Shown here piece by piece: positions 19,351 through 29,138 of a DNA stretch of 64,000 nucleotides; position 1 is the stretch's first letter, and the number at the start of each line of letters is the position of its first letter. The notes under the pieces were generated by a model that was not told where the DNA came from, ran no database searches, and saw only the letters and a program-made list of their open reading frames with translations. This DNA is from Marispirochaeta sp. (lineage in GTDB: Bacteria; Spirochaetota; Spirochaetia; JC444; Marispirochaetaceae): assembly GCA_963676835.2 (NCBI GenBank), contig CAXXFF010000003.1, positions 416,001 through 480,000 of the forward strand. The letters are read 5' to 3'. The position numbers and the translations under genes are program-made.

Positions 19351-19785
19351 TTATCCGGCGATGTTGACACCGTGATAATTCCGGTTATGGTTTTCAGCAC
19401 CAACGGCAACCTGGCTGGAAATAGTATTCCATGCCTCCCGGAGGTCTGCAATCATGGACCGTACAGGGCGAAGCATATCGCAGTTTTTCTGGATATTGGC
19501 TTCCATGAGCTGCTGATTGAAATAGAAATAGAGATTGTTGAGATTCATGGCGATCTCGCCGCCCCTGTCAAAATCGAGGGACACCATCAGCTCTGTAACC
19601 ATGTCCTGGGCCTTGATAATGGAATTATTTACCAGATCAAGCCGCTTATCCCCTTTATCCAGGAGATCAATGGCGGTATCAATGTGCTTGATTGCCTCAT
19701 CATAGAGCATGATAACAAGTTTTACAGGACTGCTGCTTTTGATTTTAGTTTCTTTGTACGCGTTCAACGGGTTTGCCGGACTCAA
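19351..19785 (-). CDS. fliS: Flagellar export chaperone FliS
   Basis: AY...SSP..LV.MLYD.AI, KAQD..TEL..SLD...GGEIA.NL..LY, LREAW. Confidence 0.95.
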   Translation of the reverse strand: MSPANPLNAYKETKIKSSSPVKLVIMLYDEAIKHIDTAIDLLDKGDKRLDLVNNSIIKAQDMVTELMVSLDFDRGGEIAMNLNNLYFYFNQQLMEANIQKNCDMLRPVRSMIADLREAWNTISSQVAVGAENHNRNYHGVNIAG

Positions 19786-19818
19786 AGCACTCCCCCTCCC
19801 TGGTGATAGTCACCATTA

Positions 19819-19846
19819 GTATCGACTCGGGCGGTTAAAATCTTGA
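19819..19846 (-). promoter_or_regulatory. Sigma28 (FliA)-type promoter for fliS
   Basis: TCAA-N16-GTCGATAC, 33 nt upstream of the fliS start. Confidence 0.7.
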
Positions 19847-19875
19847 GTCTGCCCGTTGTTTGAGACTGGGCAGAC
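19847..19875 (-). terminator. Hairpin after the deacetylase-like gene
   Basis: GTCTGCCC...GGGCAGAC 8-bp stem without a clear U-tract. Confidence 0.45.
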
Positions 19876-19885
19876 TTCGTTAGTT

Positions 19886-22159
19886 TTACCTGGCATGGGC
19901 CATAAGCTGACTGACGGGCACAATCTCGTAACCCAACGATATCAACTCGTCTATCATAATATCAAGAGAATGGAACAGATAATCTTCCCGCTCAGGACTG
20001 GTTTTACCAATTCTTAACGGAATAATCGACCCTGGCCGCTTGTTCTTCAATATCCGTTCTACAATATCAGCTGCCGGAGAATAGAGATCCGCCAGGCGGC
20101 CGGTTGAATAGGGAGTAATCCAATCCAGAGGATCAACGTCCCTTCCAATATAAGTATAGTTCATCTCGGATGAGGCCGCAATTATTTCGCTGTTTACGAA
20201 GTAAAAAGGTGCATGCCAGAGAAGAGAGAGCTCGTCTCCGGTGGCTGCAAAGTAATCGTCCTCATTTCTGGCAAGACCCCGCTTGATAAAATCCTTGTTT
20301 ATCTGAAAGCGGCTGTCGGTCATATCAAAATAGGCATAAAAGAGGGACCCTACTTCGTGACCGGACTGGGAAATCTCTTTTACTGCATCCGGATGACGGC
20401 GGATAAACTCTCCATTAAGGAAAAAAGTTCCCCGGATATCATAATCCTTCAGGGTATGCAGAACATAGGTTAAGCCTTCCACAGAGTCAATGGCATTAAA
20501 GACAAGAGAAACTTCTCTGCGGCGAATGCGTGACCCATGTGAGAAATTGGCCAGATCTATATTTTCATCTTCTTTTGGAAAAAGATCGTACTCACGGGCA
20601 GGAAAGCGGAAAAGAGGCCGGGTTACCAGGTTTTTAAGATCCCTGATCATTACTGTATCCTGGTAGGCATTTCCTACAGAATCCTCTATAAACACCCGGA
20701 AATCACCGGCAGCCACCTTTGCCGGCAGAAGAGACTCACCGTCAGCCTCAACCAGTAGATCATTTTCTGCCGTCCAGGTCTTATTATCCTGCTGTATGAG
20801 AATATCGCCTTCGGCATTAAAGCCTGCCGAAGAGTACTGAGCAAGACTGATAAGGGTAAGGCTGTTATCATCCAGGGAATAAAGACTGTTGGCAGAGTTT
20901 CCACAGAGAATAATTTCTGTACTGCTCCGCCATAATGCATGAAGGGGATTCTGATAGCTGATGGTTTGTTCTACAGCGAAATTGTAATAGTTTCTCAGCT
21001 CCGCTTTATCGTTATACAAGAGTACGCATCTTTCCTGATTGGGAGAAATCGCAATACCCGTAACCCCCTCTGCCTCAACTTCCGTAAAGCGGGTCTCCTT
21101 ATTGGCAAGATTCAGCCTGAAAAGACCCGACTTCCGACTGCCCTCCACCAGACTGTTTGTCAGCAGGGTAATAATTCCCGATGAAGACCAGGCGACATCC
21201 TTAACCACGGTATTACGGGGAAGATAGAGATAAGGAAGGGCCGTAGCATCCCCGGTGGAGATATAATCATCCGGCTGCAGCAGGTAGAGAAAGATATTCT
21301 GCCCACCCTTATTGAAAAGGATTTTACCCCCGTCGGGGGATATCCAGTAACTGTCAAAAGCGGGGTCAAACTCAAAAGGAATCTTCCCGGCAATATGCCC
21401 GACATCAAAAAGACCGGTATAAATTGACCGGGTAAAGAATTCGGGGCTGAGAATCTGATAAACAAGATTCCCGGTAACGTAAAACAGGTCATTCCGCCTG
21501 CTCCAGCGGGTGGAAGAGAGGCGCCCCTTGCCAAGGATTCTGAAGCTTTCATCGATAATACGATCCGAAATCAGCTGATCCATGGAAAAGTAGTAGAGAT
21601 TACCCTGTTTCTGGTAGACAAAGTATCCGGAATCGGGAGACCAGGTTGCATTGGGACTGTTGAGAACCATCTCAACCCCGGTACTTATAAGGTATTCCTC
21701 TTCACGGCCAATATGGTACAGCTTCAGTGCCGCGTATCCGTAGGATTCGGGTTCGAGGTAGAGCAGATAGCGGCCGTCAGGAGAGGCCCCGACAGTTGCA
21801 ATCTTGCCGGTCTGTATCTCTTCTCCGTTAACAAAGGCGGGAAAAGTCTTAATGGGAGCCATTCCGGCAAGCTTTTCATCTGTGCGGAACACACCGAAGC
21901 GGTTCTGTATCTGCAGCCGTTCTCCACCGTTGATAAGGGAAGCATGCTCCGGAAAAAAAGTGAGCTGCTGAAGATCTCCCTTGCCGAGATCAGCCTTGAA
22001 AAGAGTGGAGTAAGCACCATCCATGGGTGATTCCGTGGTGGCACGGAAGAGCAGAATCCCGTCATCGGACAAATTTAGCCTGGAAAAAGAGACTTCTCCA
22101 TAGACGGAAAACGTCAGAAAGCCCAGGAGGAGAAAGATTAAGGTATACCTGTACTTCAT
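19886..22159 (-). CDS. Exported beta-propeller plus NodB/polysaccharide-deacetylase-like protein (catalytic motifs degenerate)
   Basis: Signal peptide; TolB-like SPDG/WSPDS repeats; C-terminal TFFLNGEFI..HP....I...GHEVG and DVDPLDW NodB-fold motifs. Confidence 0.8.
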   Translation of the reverse strand: MKYRYTLIFLLLGFLTFSVYGEVSFSRLNLSDDGILLFRATTESPMDGAYSTLFKADLGKGDLQQLTFFPEHASLINGGERLQIQNRFGVFRTDEKLAGMAPIKTFPAFVNGEEIQTGKIATVGASPDGRYLLYLEPESYGYAALKLYHIGREEEYLISTGVEMVLNSPNATWSPDSGYFVYQKQGNLYYFSMDQLISDRIIDESFRILGKGRLSSTRWSRRNDLFYVTGNLVYQILSPEFFTRSIYTGLFDVGHIAGKIPFEFDPAFDSYWISPDGGKILFNKGGQNIFLYLLQPDDYISTGDATALPYLYLPRNTVVKDVAWSSSGIITLLTNSLVEGSRKSGLFRLNLANKETRFTEVEAEGVTGIAISPNQERCVLLYNDKAELRNYYNFAVEQTISYQNPLHALWRSSTEIILCGNSANSLYSLDDNSLTLISLAQYSSAGFNAEGDILIQQDNKTWTAENDLLVEADGESLLPAKVAAGDFRVFIEDSVGNAYQDTVMIRDLKNLVTRPLFRFPAREYDLFPKEDENIDLANFSHGSRIRRREVSLVFNAIDSVEGLTYVLHTLKDYDIRGTFFLNGEFIRRHPDAVKEISQSGHEVGSLFYAYFDMTDSRFQINKDFIKRGLARNEDDYFAATGDELSLLWHAPFYFVNSEIIAASSEMNYTYIGRDVDPLDWITPYSTGRLADLYSPAADIVERILKNKRPGSIIPLRIGKTSPEREDYLFHSLDIMIDELISLGYEIVPVSQLMAHAR

Positions 22160-22227
22160 ATCACTTCTATTGTCGGCACAGAGGAGCCGTTACGTTTAGC
22201 AAAAAGCGGCAGACCTTCCGCTTAAGT

Positions 22228-23541
22228 CTAAAGCAGTTCCGCCGCAAGCTCCGCAAGCAGACTTCTCTCGGACTTATCCAGGGTTACATGACCGAAAATC
22301 TTCTGCCCCTTCATGGCTTCCACCAGATAGGTAAGGCCGTTTGAGCTGGAATCAAGATACGGACTGTCTATCTGATAGGGGTCACCGGTTAGAACAACTT
22401 TTGTCCCTTCCCCTGCCCGGCTCACAATGGTCTTTATTTCGTGGGGAGAAAGATTCTGGGCTTCATCTACAATGAGAAACTGGTCAGGGAGAGAACGGCC
22501 CCGTATGTAGGTCAGAGCCTCCAGTTCAAGAAGATTATTATTCAGCAGAGAATCCACATTTTTAAGATTCTGCTTTTTATACACCGAAAGAATGTATTCC
22601 AGATTGTCAAAAAGGGGCTGCATCCAGTGGGTCAGTTTTTCGTTCTTGGCCCCCGGCAGATAGCCTATATCCTTTCCCATGGGAATGACCGGCCTGCTCA
22701 CAAGAACCCGCTTATAGGTCTCCGTCTCCAGAACCTGATACAAACCTGCCGCAATGGCCATAAGGGTCTTGCCGGTTCCGGCTTTGCCCACAAGGCTGAC
22801 CAGGGAAATCTCCGGATCAAGGAGCAGTTCAAAAGCCATTCGCTGTTTCTCATTCAAGGGCACTACGCCGCTGACAGGCTCCATCTCGCCATATAAACCG
22901 GTAACGGCCCCGTCCATATGACGGGCAATAACCCGGGTGGCACTCTTGGGATTGGCTGCCAGGACAAATTCATTGGGAAAGAGTTTCTGCTCCCAGGGAA
23001 CCGGATTTCCCTGCAGCAGGGTGTCCAGCATCTCTTCCGATGTCTCCACCTCCCGCCAGCCGGGATAGAGCTCCAGAATGTTGACTTTCTGTTTTTCGTA
23101 ATCAACAGCCCGGAGGCCAAGGGCGGTAGCCTTTACCCGTGCATTGATGTCTTTCGAAACGAAGAAAACTTCTCTGCCCTCATTTTTCAGACTCAAAGCG
23201 GTAAGCAGGATTTTGTTATCTACCTTATCCTTGTTCAGATCAATGGGAACTTCACTGGACTGCACCAGAGAGACCGACAGAGTAATTCCGTCCCCCACTT
23301 TGGCTCCCTTATTCAGGTCACCATGCTTGCCGACTTCATCGAGGAAGCGGATGGCCTGACGGGCATTCCGGCCTTTTTCGTCACTGAAGGTTTTAAGCTT
23401 ATCCAGCTCTTCCAGAACCCAGAGAGGAACAACCACGTTGTTGTCTCTGAACGAAAGTATACAGTCCGGTTTATGAATAAAGACATTAGTATCAATAACG
23501 AAGGTTTTCACTCTGCCTGCATCCTGATCCGCCATGTTCAC
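22228..23541 (-). CDS. PIN-PhoH fusion protein (PhoH2/YlaK type)
   Basis: VIDTNV..H.P, ELDKLK, DNKIL, SKDINARVKA PIN motifs; GKAGTGKT, GYLPG, RGRS, DEAQN and GDP.QID PhoH motifs. Confidence 0.92.
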   Translation of the reverse strand: MNMADQDAGRVKTFVIDTNVFIHKPDCILSFRDNNVVVPLWVLEELDKLKTFSDEKGRNARQAIRFLDEVGKHGDLNKGAKVGDGITLSVSLVQSSEVPIDLNKDKVDNKILLTALSLKNEGREVFFVSKDINARVKATALGLRAVDYEKQKVNILELYPGWREVETSEEMLDTLLQGNPVPWEQKLFPNEFVLAANPKSATRVIARHMDGAVTGLYGEMEPVSGVVPLNEKQRMAFELLLDPEISLVSLVGKAGTGKTLMAIAAGLYQVLETETYKRVLVSRPVIPMGKDIGYLPGAKNEKLTHWMQPLFDNLEYILSVYKKQNLKNVDSLLNNNLLELEALTYIRGRSLPDQFLIVDEAQNLSPHEIKTIVSRAGEGTKVVLTGDPYQIDSPYLDSSSNGLTYLVEAMKGQKIFGHVTLDKSERSLLAELAAELL

Positions 23542-23632
23542 CGCCTTGCGCCCTGTCTTGATAAGAGCTCCTGTATTAAATGTAATTCAATACAGGAGAA
23601 TTGGAAGTATCTTTTTATGAATAATACAACAG

Positions 23633-24679
23633 TTATTCCAGATACCCTTCAAGCCAGGTCTGTAATGCCTCTCCACGGCGGTCGAAGGATTCAAGCTCAC
23701 CGGCCACTTCGACTATTTTCAGCTGTTTGGCTCCCTTGTTTGACGAAAGTTTTGAGGGAAAGAGCGCTACCATATACACATACTCATCCCCGGAATATGG
23801 CGCCAGCCACATAAAGGTCAAGCCGTTGCTTCCGGTTTTGAGTTCAAGTATCTGCTTATCCCTCAGCAGATACCCAGCCTCTTCCATGTATGCTGTAAGT
23901 GCGGTTTCCCAGAAGGCCATATCCATCACAGGTTCCGGACGTACCTCCCGGATACGCAGCTTGATGCCTTCCGGTGAAACTGCCCGGTAAAGCCGGGAAT
24001 TCCGGTAGACCGAGAAGCCCTCAGGTGCCGTTTCGGGGTCCCCAAAGCGGGGCAGCCAGGAAAATGTACGGTTTAACGGATTTGATTCCATAAAGGAGTA
24101 GAAGTCAATACTGTTAATCCAGGAAAAGTTCGACAACGTGCCCCCGGGATTGGTGACACCCTGGCTTTCAAGATCGAGTTCCAGCGTTGCATAGGTGCTG
24201 CGGATATTCAATGAGGCAATCTGTGCGCGGATTGATTCAATCTCTCCTACAAGATCCAGCACTTCCTTTTCTATTGCAAGGGTACTTGAAAAATCTGACC
24301 GCGCCAGATAGGAGAGGTTCTGATCAAGCACCTCCCGCCGGGAACTCAAAGATGCTTCCAGCCTGCGCAGCTCTCCGGAAACATCCCGGGCAGTAAGACT
24401 GTACCCTAAAAGTTCAGCACTCAGATTTTTAAGATCCTCTTCTGCCCCCGCCGCTTCGGCAGAAGGAAGCCGGCCGATAATTCTGCCGTTTTCCAGGGAG
24501 AGAAAATACCCCCCTTTTGCCTCCAGCCAGTCTACCAGACGATCCCCCGCGGCACCTCCGTCGTACACAACCAGCCTGGCCTCAATACGGTACTCTATGG
24601 ACTCTTGCGCCTGAAGCGCAACCTGAAGCGTAAAAAGGGCAGCAATACAGAAAAAGGCTAAGACAGCTGACTTCTTCAT
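23633..24679 (-). CDS. Exported DUF4349-like protein
   Basis: Signal peptide, DVS-type coiled coil followed by YATLELDL; C-terminal domain similar to the upstream paralogue. Confidence 0.7.
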   Translation of the reverse strand: MKKSAVLAFFCIAALFTLQVALQAQESIEYRIEARLVVYDGGAAGDRLVDWLEAKGGYFLSLENGRIIGRLPSAEAAGAEEDLKNLSAELLGYSLTARDVSGELRRLEASLSSRREVLDQNLSYLARSDFSSTLAIEKEVLDLVGEIESIRAQIASLNIRSTYATLELDLESQGVTNPGGTLSNFSWINSIDFYSFMESNPLNRTFSWLPRFGDPETAPEGFSVYRNSRLYRAVSPEGIKLRIREVRPEPVMDMAFWETALTAYMEEAGYLLRDKQILELKTGSNGLTFMWLAPYSGDEYVYMVALFPSKLSSNKGAKQLKIVEVAGELESFDRRGEALQTWLEGYLE

Positions 24680-25854
24680 CAGAATCGCTCCTTCAATGCT
24701 TCATGAAAGGAATCTATCAGATCTGAACCGGACGTGCCCGGGAAAACCCCTTCTACAATCATAAGCCCGCCCTTCTCGGGGACAGCAACGACTTCATACC
24801 GGTATCCCGGTTCTCCGGAGACAGAACAGATAACCCCCTTCAGAGTCTTCTCATTCCCGTCATTCAGGGGCAACTCCAGGACTTCCACTCTGGAATACAG
24901 GGGGGCAAGATAATTCAGCATTGCTTCCTGCCAGAAAGCGGCATCCCCCTCGGGCTCATTTGCGGTTGAAGCCATGCGAAGGACAGCTCCGTCGGCGCTC
25001 TCTGCATAAAAGGCATTACCCGAAGGCGGATCCCGGAAAACGGCAAAGCTTCCGCCGGGGTCTATGGCGGCGCCCTCAAGGGAACCAAGGCTTACTCCGA
25101 AGGGATCCAGGTTTCTCATCCAGCGAAAAGGAATCAGGCCACGAGAATCGTAACGGCTGCCCATCTTGGTAACCAGCTGGCAGGAGACCCGTGAAAAGGC
25201 AATGCGTTCCTTCATGGTGGCCAGCTGGAGCTCCATGGTTTCAATCTTTTCCGAAAGCCTGCGGATTTCCCGGAGAATAGCCAGACGCTCTTCACCTTCC
25301 CTTGATTCCTCAAGGAGGTCATACAGACGCTGCCTGGCCTCTCTGGCAATCTTAAGCCGGGTTTCGGTCTCCGCAAGGGCTTCACTCACATCAAGGGCAC
25401 TTACATTTCTGTCGATCAGAACTCCCAAAGCTTCCGCTTCATCGAGATAGGGGAAGAAATACTCCGCAGGAACAAGGACCACAATGCCCTCACTGCTGAT
25501 TCCTTCAATCCGTCCCCCAAGCTCCAGGGCTCGTTCTCCCAGGCTGTTACGGACGGTTTCCACCCTGGTTACCTCAAGCGAGAGAGATGCGCTGTATATA
25601 CGGGCCCGCTCTTTTTCCAGAGGCGGTGCGGTATTAACAGCAGCCCCTTCAGGTGCAGGCGCACTCAGTTCATCTGCCATGGATGCGTCCCGATAGGACT
25701 CCTTGGGACTCATGGCAACGGCAGGAAAACTGCCTGCCTCATAATCCGCCTCCGATCCTGCGCAGGCGGGAAGAATTAGCAAACAGATAATAGTTAGAAC
25801 CCCTGCGGCAATCAGAAACCGGACTGATCCATTACGCAATAATGACATTTTCAT
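24679..25854 (-). CDS. DUF4349-like lipoprotein
   Basis: Lipobox LPA-C; IYSASLSLEV...GG.IE...VP.E.F, DVSE...RL..LL coiled coil; TGATG overlap with the next gene. Confidence 0.75.
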   Translation of the reverse strand: MKMSLLRNGSVRFLIAAGVLTIICLLILPACAGSEADYEAGSFPAVAMSPKESYRDASMADELSAPAPEGAAVNTAPPLEKERARIYSASLSLEVTRVETVRNSLGERALELGGRIEGISSEGIVVLVPAEYFFPYLDEAEALGVLIDRNVSALDVSEALAETETRLKIAREARQRLYDLLEESREGEERLAILREIRRLSEKIETMELQLATMKERIAFSRVSCQLVTKMGSRYDSRGLIPFRWMRNLDPFGVSLGSLEGAAIDPGGSFAVFRDPPSGNAFYAESADGAVLRMASTANEPEGDAAFWQEAMLNYLAPLYSRVEVLELPLNDGNEKTLKGVICSVSGEPGYRYEVVAVPEKGGLMIVEGVFPGTSGSDLIDSFHEALKERF

Positions 25855-25909
25855 TCCTTGTTCGAGTTATTTTCTTGTACTAATGTAACAGGATACAATC
25901 TTGTTGGTG

Positions 25910-26122
25910 TTATTTTTTTTCAAGTCCCGCACGTTCTTTCATGGCAGCCTTTACCACTTCCGAGCTTACAAAGCCTTTTCTTACAGCAATTCGGCCGAAG
26001 GCTTCGTACTGATGCTCCGCTGCAAGCATTTTCTGTTCTGCAGCCACAGCCCGCTCCTGTTCTACCGAAAGAAGCCCCCGGGCAATCATAAACTTTCCAA
26101 TTGGTGTCCGTTTTCCGCTCAT
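25910..26122 (-). CDS. Stand-alone MshEN-like (T2SSE_N) small protein, 70 aa
   Basis: Strong RBS AGGAGG; two 24-aa repeats PIGKFMIARGLLSVEQERAVAAEQ and AFGRIAVRKGFVSSEVVKAAMKER. Confidence 0.7.
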   Translation of the reverse strand: MSGKRTPIGKFMIARGLLSVEQERAVAAEQKMLAAEHQYEAFGRIAVRKGFVSSEVVKAAMKERAGLEKK

Positions 26123-26184
26123 GATATTTCCTCCTATTTCTTCCGCTGTTGCGTATGCTTACCCATTCGGCTTATATTTGCTCT

Positions 26185-28341
26185 ATGGGTAACATTACCG
26201 TCCGCGCCGTAGCGCTGCCTCATTGTGAAGACATTCTTGTCAAAGAAGCTGAATCTCTGTCCATTCAGCCATCATCCATAAGCGCTTCGGGTATAGAATT
26301 TTCCGCAAACCTGCAGAAAATTTACCGTTTTCTAATAGAAAACCGTAGCGCAAGCCGGCTGATTTTTCCATTGGGAAAATTTTCTCTTGATACTCAGAAG
26401 GATCTCTATGATGCTGTAGCAGGTATTCCATGGGAAGATCATCTTGATTCCGCCGGTAGTTTTATTATCGACAGTTCAGTTAAAAGTCATCTTTTTAAAC
26501 ATACAAATTTTCCCGTTCTCAAGGCAAAAGATGCTATTGTCGACCGCCTGCGAACAAAAACAGGCAGCCGGCCGAATATAGATAACGAAAACCCCGGGGT
26601 GAGACTGTTCCTGCGGGTATTCCGCAATGATGCGGAAATTTCAATCGATATCGGCGGGGGCAGCAGACACCAGCGGGGCTACAGAAAGAAAAACGTGGCC
26701 GCTCCTCTTCGTGAAAATCTTGCAGCAGCCATTCTCTACCGGGCAGGATGGCCTGAAACTGCAGCCGGGGGTGGTGCTTTTCATGATCCTTTCTGCGGAT
26801 CGGGAACCCTCTGTGTTGAGGCTGCTCTTATGGCAGCCGGCATTGCCCCGGGAGCAGACAGAGAGAAAACCGGAATACGGCAGTGGAAACTGCATGACAG
26901 GACTTTGTGGGAAACCCTGGTCGAGGAATACAGGCAGTCTAATAAAAAATCTCTGGAAAGCTATAAAAAGAACAGCTTATCCATTACCGGAACCGACATT
27001 GATCCTGATTGTGTTGCAGCAGCCCGTATTAATGCCGCAACAGCCGGTCTTGAAGGGTGTATCAGCTTCAGCAGTTCATCTGTGCATACGGTACATCCGG
27101 TTTCCCGGGATATAAGCGGACTTATAGCAACCAACCCTCCCTACGGGGAGCGCCTGGAGAACGATCTTCAGGCCCGGGTTATCTACACAGATATGGGCGT
27201 AAGCCTGCGGCAGAATTTCAGCGGCTGGAAACTCTCTTTCCTGGCCCCGGATAAAGAACTGGGACTGATGACGGGTATTCAGGCGGGAAAAATCCATAAG
27301 CTCTCCAACGGATCAATTCCAGTACAGCTTATCCATGGTGTGATCCCCGAATTTGTTCTTTCCGCAGGGTCGGAGATGTTTATCAACCGGCTGAAAAAAA
27401 ATCGCAGACAGCTTCAGTCCTACCTTAAAAAAAGCGGAACCACCTGCTACAGACTCTACGACAAGGACATGCCGGAGTATGCCTTTGCGGTGGATCTTTA
27501 CGAAGAGAACTACTGTCACCTGCAGGAATACTCCGCTCCGTCCACCATTGATCCCGCCAATGTCCGAAGGAGAAGAAGGGAAGCCCTGGAGGGACTGCTG
27601 AACTATCTCCCCTTCGGCTCGGAAGGAATATTCCTTAAGGAGCGCCGGAAACTCGGTGCCAGCGACCGCTACGCGGGGCAGGCGCAGAATGAGACCCGGT
27701 ATATCTGCAAAGAAGGGAACTTGAAATTCTTTGTCAATTTTACGGACTATCTCGATACCGGCCTCTTTCTCGACAGCCGTGAGCTGAGAAAAAAAATTGC
27801 CCGCCTGTCAGAAGGCAACCGGTTTCTCAACCTCTTCGCCTATACCTGCACAGCCTCCGTGGCTGCAGCTGCAGCGGGTGCCCGTTCTACAGTCAGTGTA
27901 GATACTTCTGCAACCTACCTTAAATGGGGTGAGGCAAATATGCGGCTCAACGGGCTTAGCCTGACAAAAAACAGCCGCGAGATCAGTGACACCTTCGCCT
28001 GGCTCAAAAAAGCCCGTCGGGAAAAATCACGGTTTGATCTGATTTATGTTGATCCGCCTACTTACTCCAACTCTAAAAGCCGCAGAGGAGACTTTGATAT
28101 TCAACGTGATCACGCTTCTCTGTTAGAGATGTGCCTTGATGTTCTCTCCCCTCAGGGCACGATCCTTTTCTGTACTAACTTTACCCGTTTTGAACCGGAT
28201 AAGGAGCTGTTCAGTAAATATGCAGTTACCGAAACAACTCAGGAGACGATTCCCCAGGACTTTGCCCATAAAGGAAAAATTCACCGGTCGTTCCTTATAA
28301 AGAAAGATTCTTCCCTTGATAGCCGCAGGATTCAGGGATAG
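26185..28341 (+). CDS. rlmKL: Bifunctional 23S rRNA m2G2445/m7G2069 methyltransferase
   Basis: THUMP region, HQRGYR, APLRENLAAA, DPFCGSGT, NPPYGER; second MTase domain YLDTGLFLD, FLNLFAYT, DPPTYSNSK; probable ATG 26185. Confidence 0.93.
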   Translation: MGNITVRAVALPHCEDILVKEAESLSIQPSSISASGIEFSANLQKIYRFLIENRSASRLIFPLGKFSLDTQKDLYDAVAGIPWEDHLDSAGSFIIDSSVKSHLFKHTNFPVLKAKDAIVDRLRTKTGSRPNIDNENPGVRLFLRVFRNDAEISIDIGGGSRHQRGYRKKNVAAPLRENLAAAILYRAGWPETAAGGGAFHDPFCGSGTLCVEAALMAAGIAPGADREKTGIRQWKLHDRTLWETLVEEYRQSNKKSLESYKKNSLSITGTDIDPDCVAAARINAATAGLEGCISFSSSSVHTVHPVSRDISGLIATNPPYGERLENDLQARVIYTDMGVSLRQNFSGWKLSFLAPDKELGLMTGIQAGKIHKLSNGSIPVQLIHGVIPEFVLSAGSEMFINRLKKNRRQLQSYLKKSGTTCYRLYDKDMPEYAFAVDLYEENYCHLQEYSAPSTIDPANVRRRRREALEGLLNYLPFGSEGIFLKERRKLGASDRYAGQAQNETRYICKEGNLKFFVNFTDYLDTGLFLDSRELRKKIARLSEGNRFLNLFAYTCTASVAAAAAGARSTVSVDTSATYLKWGEANMRLNGLSLTKNSREISDTFAWLKKARREKSRFDLIYVDPPTYSNSKSRRGDFDIQRDHASLLEMCLDVLSPQGTILFCTNFTRFEPDKELFSKYAVTETTQETIPQDFAHKGKIHRSFLIKKDSSLDSRRIQG

Positions 28342-28352
28342 GATAAGCAGGT

Positions 28353-29114
28353 ATGAAAGACAGTAACCTGCTGAAACTTGCAGTTCTTATCGATGCAGAT
28401 AATGCTCAGGCATCTATTATAGAAGGACTTTTAGCCGAAATTGCCAAATATGGAATAGCCAGCGTAAAACGCATCTATGGAGACTGGACCAGCCAGAAAC
28501 TGCGCTCCTGGAAGGATTCCCTTCTGGAGTATTCCATCCAGCCGATCCAGCAGTTCAGCTATACCACCGGAAAAAACGCCACCGACTCGGCCCTGATCAT
28601 AGATGCCATGGACCTCCTCTATACCGGGGATCTTGACGGATTCTGCATCGTCTCTTCCGACTCGGATTATACCAAGCTCTGTGCGCGCCTCAGGGAAGCG
28701 GGAAAAACGGTTTATGGTTTCGGAGAAAAAAAGACTCCCAAGCCTTTTGTTGCGGCGGTAGACAAATTCATCTATACCGAGATCCTGCGGGATTATGAGG
28801 ATGAAGAGGATGATGAAGTCAGCAGCAAACGCCGCATGAGCTATGCCGACCTGAGACAGGACTCACGACTGGTACAGCTTCTCCGCAGTGCCGTTGAGGC
28901 ATCTGCAGATGACTCGGGATGGGCCTATCTGGGAAATATCGGGCAGAATATCGCCAAAAAGTCCCCGGACTTTGATCCGAGAAACTATGGCTTTAAAAAA
29001 CTGAGCGACCTGATCACCGCTACAAGCCTTTTTGAGATTGAAGAAAAGGTTCTGAATAATGCGCCGGGAAAACAGATATATTTTCGGCGGGTAAGCAGAA
29101 AGAAAAGAAAATAA
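28353..29114 (+). CDS. NYN-domain (LabA/DUF88) protein with C-terminal OST-HTH/LOTUS domain
   Basis: LIDADN, YGDW, GKNATD..L.IDAMD, SSDSDY; C-terminal FDPRNYGFKKLSDL. Confidence 0.9.
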   Translation: MKDSNLLKLAVLIDADNAQASIIEGLLAEIAKYGIASVKRIYGDWTSQKLRSWKDSLLEYSIQPIQQFSYTTGKNATDSALIIDAMDLLYTGDLDGFCIVSSDSDYTKLCARLREAGKTVYGFGEKKTPKPFVAAVDKFIYTEILRDYEDEEDDEVSSKRRMSYADLRQDSRLVQLLRSAVEASADDSGWAYLGNIGQNIAKKSPDFDPRNYGFKKLSDLITATSLFEIEEKVLNNAPGKQIYFRRVSRKKRK

Positions 29115-29138
29115 AAAAGCCGGTCGACTGACCGGCTA
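29114..29138. terminator. Terminator hairpin between convergent genes
   Basis: AAAAA-AGCCGGTC-gact-GACCGGCT; the U-tract is on the minus strand. Confidence 0.7.

Noticed and set aside
22228..29114. PIN-PhoH and NYN-LOTUS nucleases as a toxin-antitoxin or defence island
   Set aside because: Both are widespread stand-alone families, they are not adjacent, have no evident antitoxin ORF and look host-like in composition.
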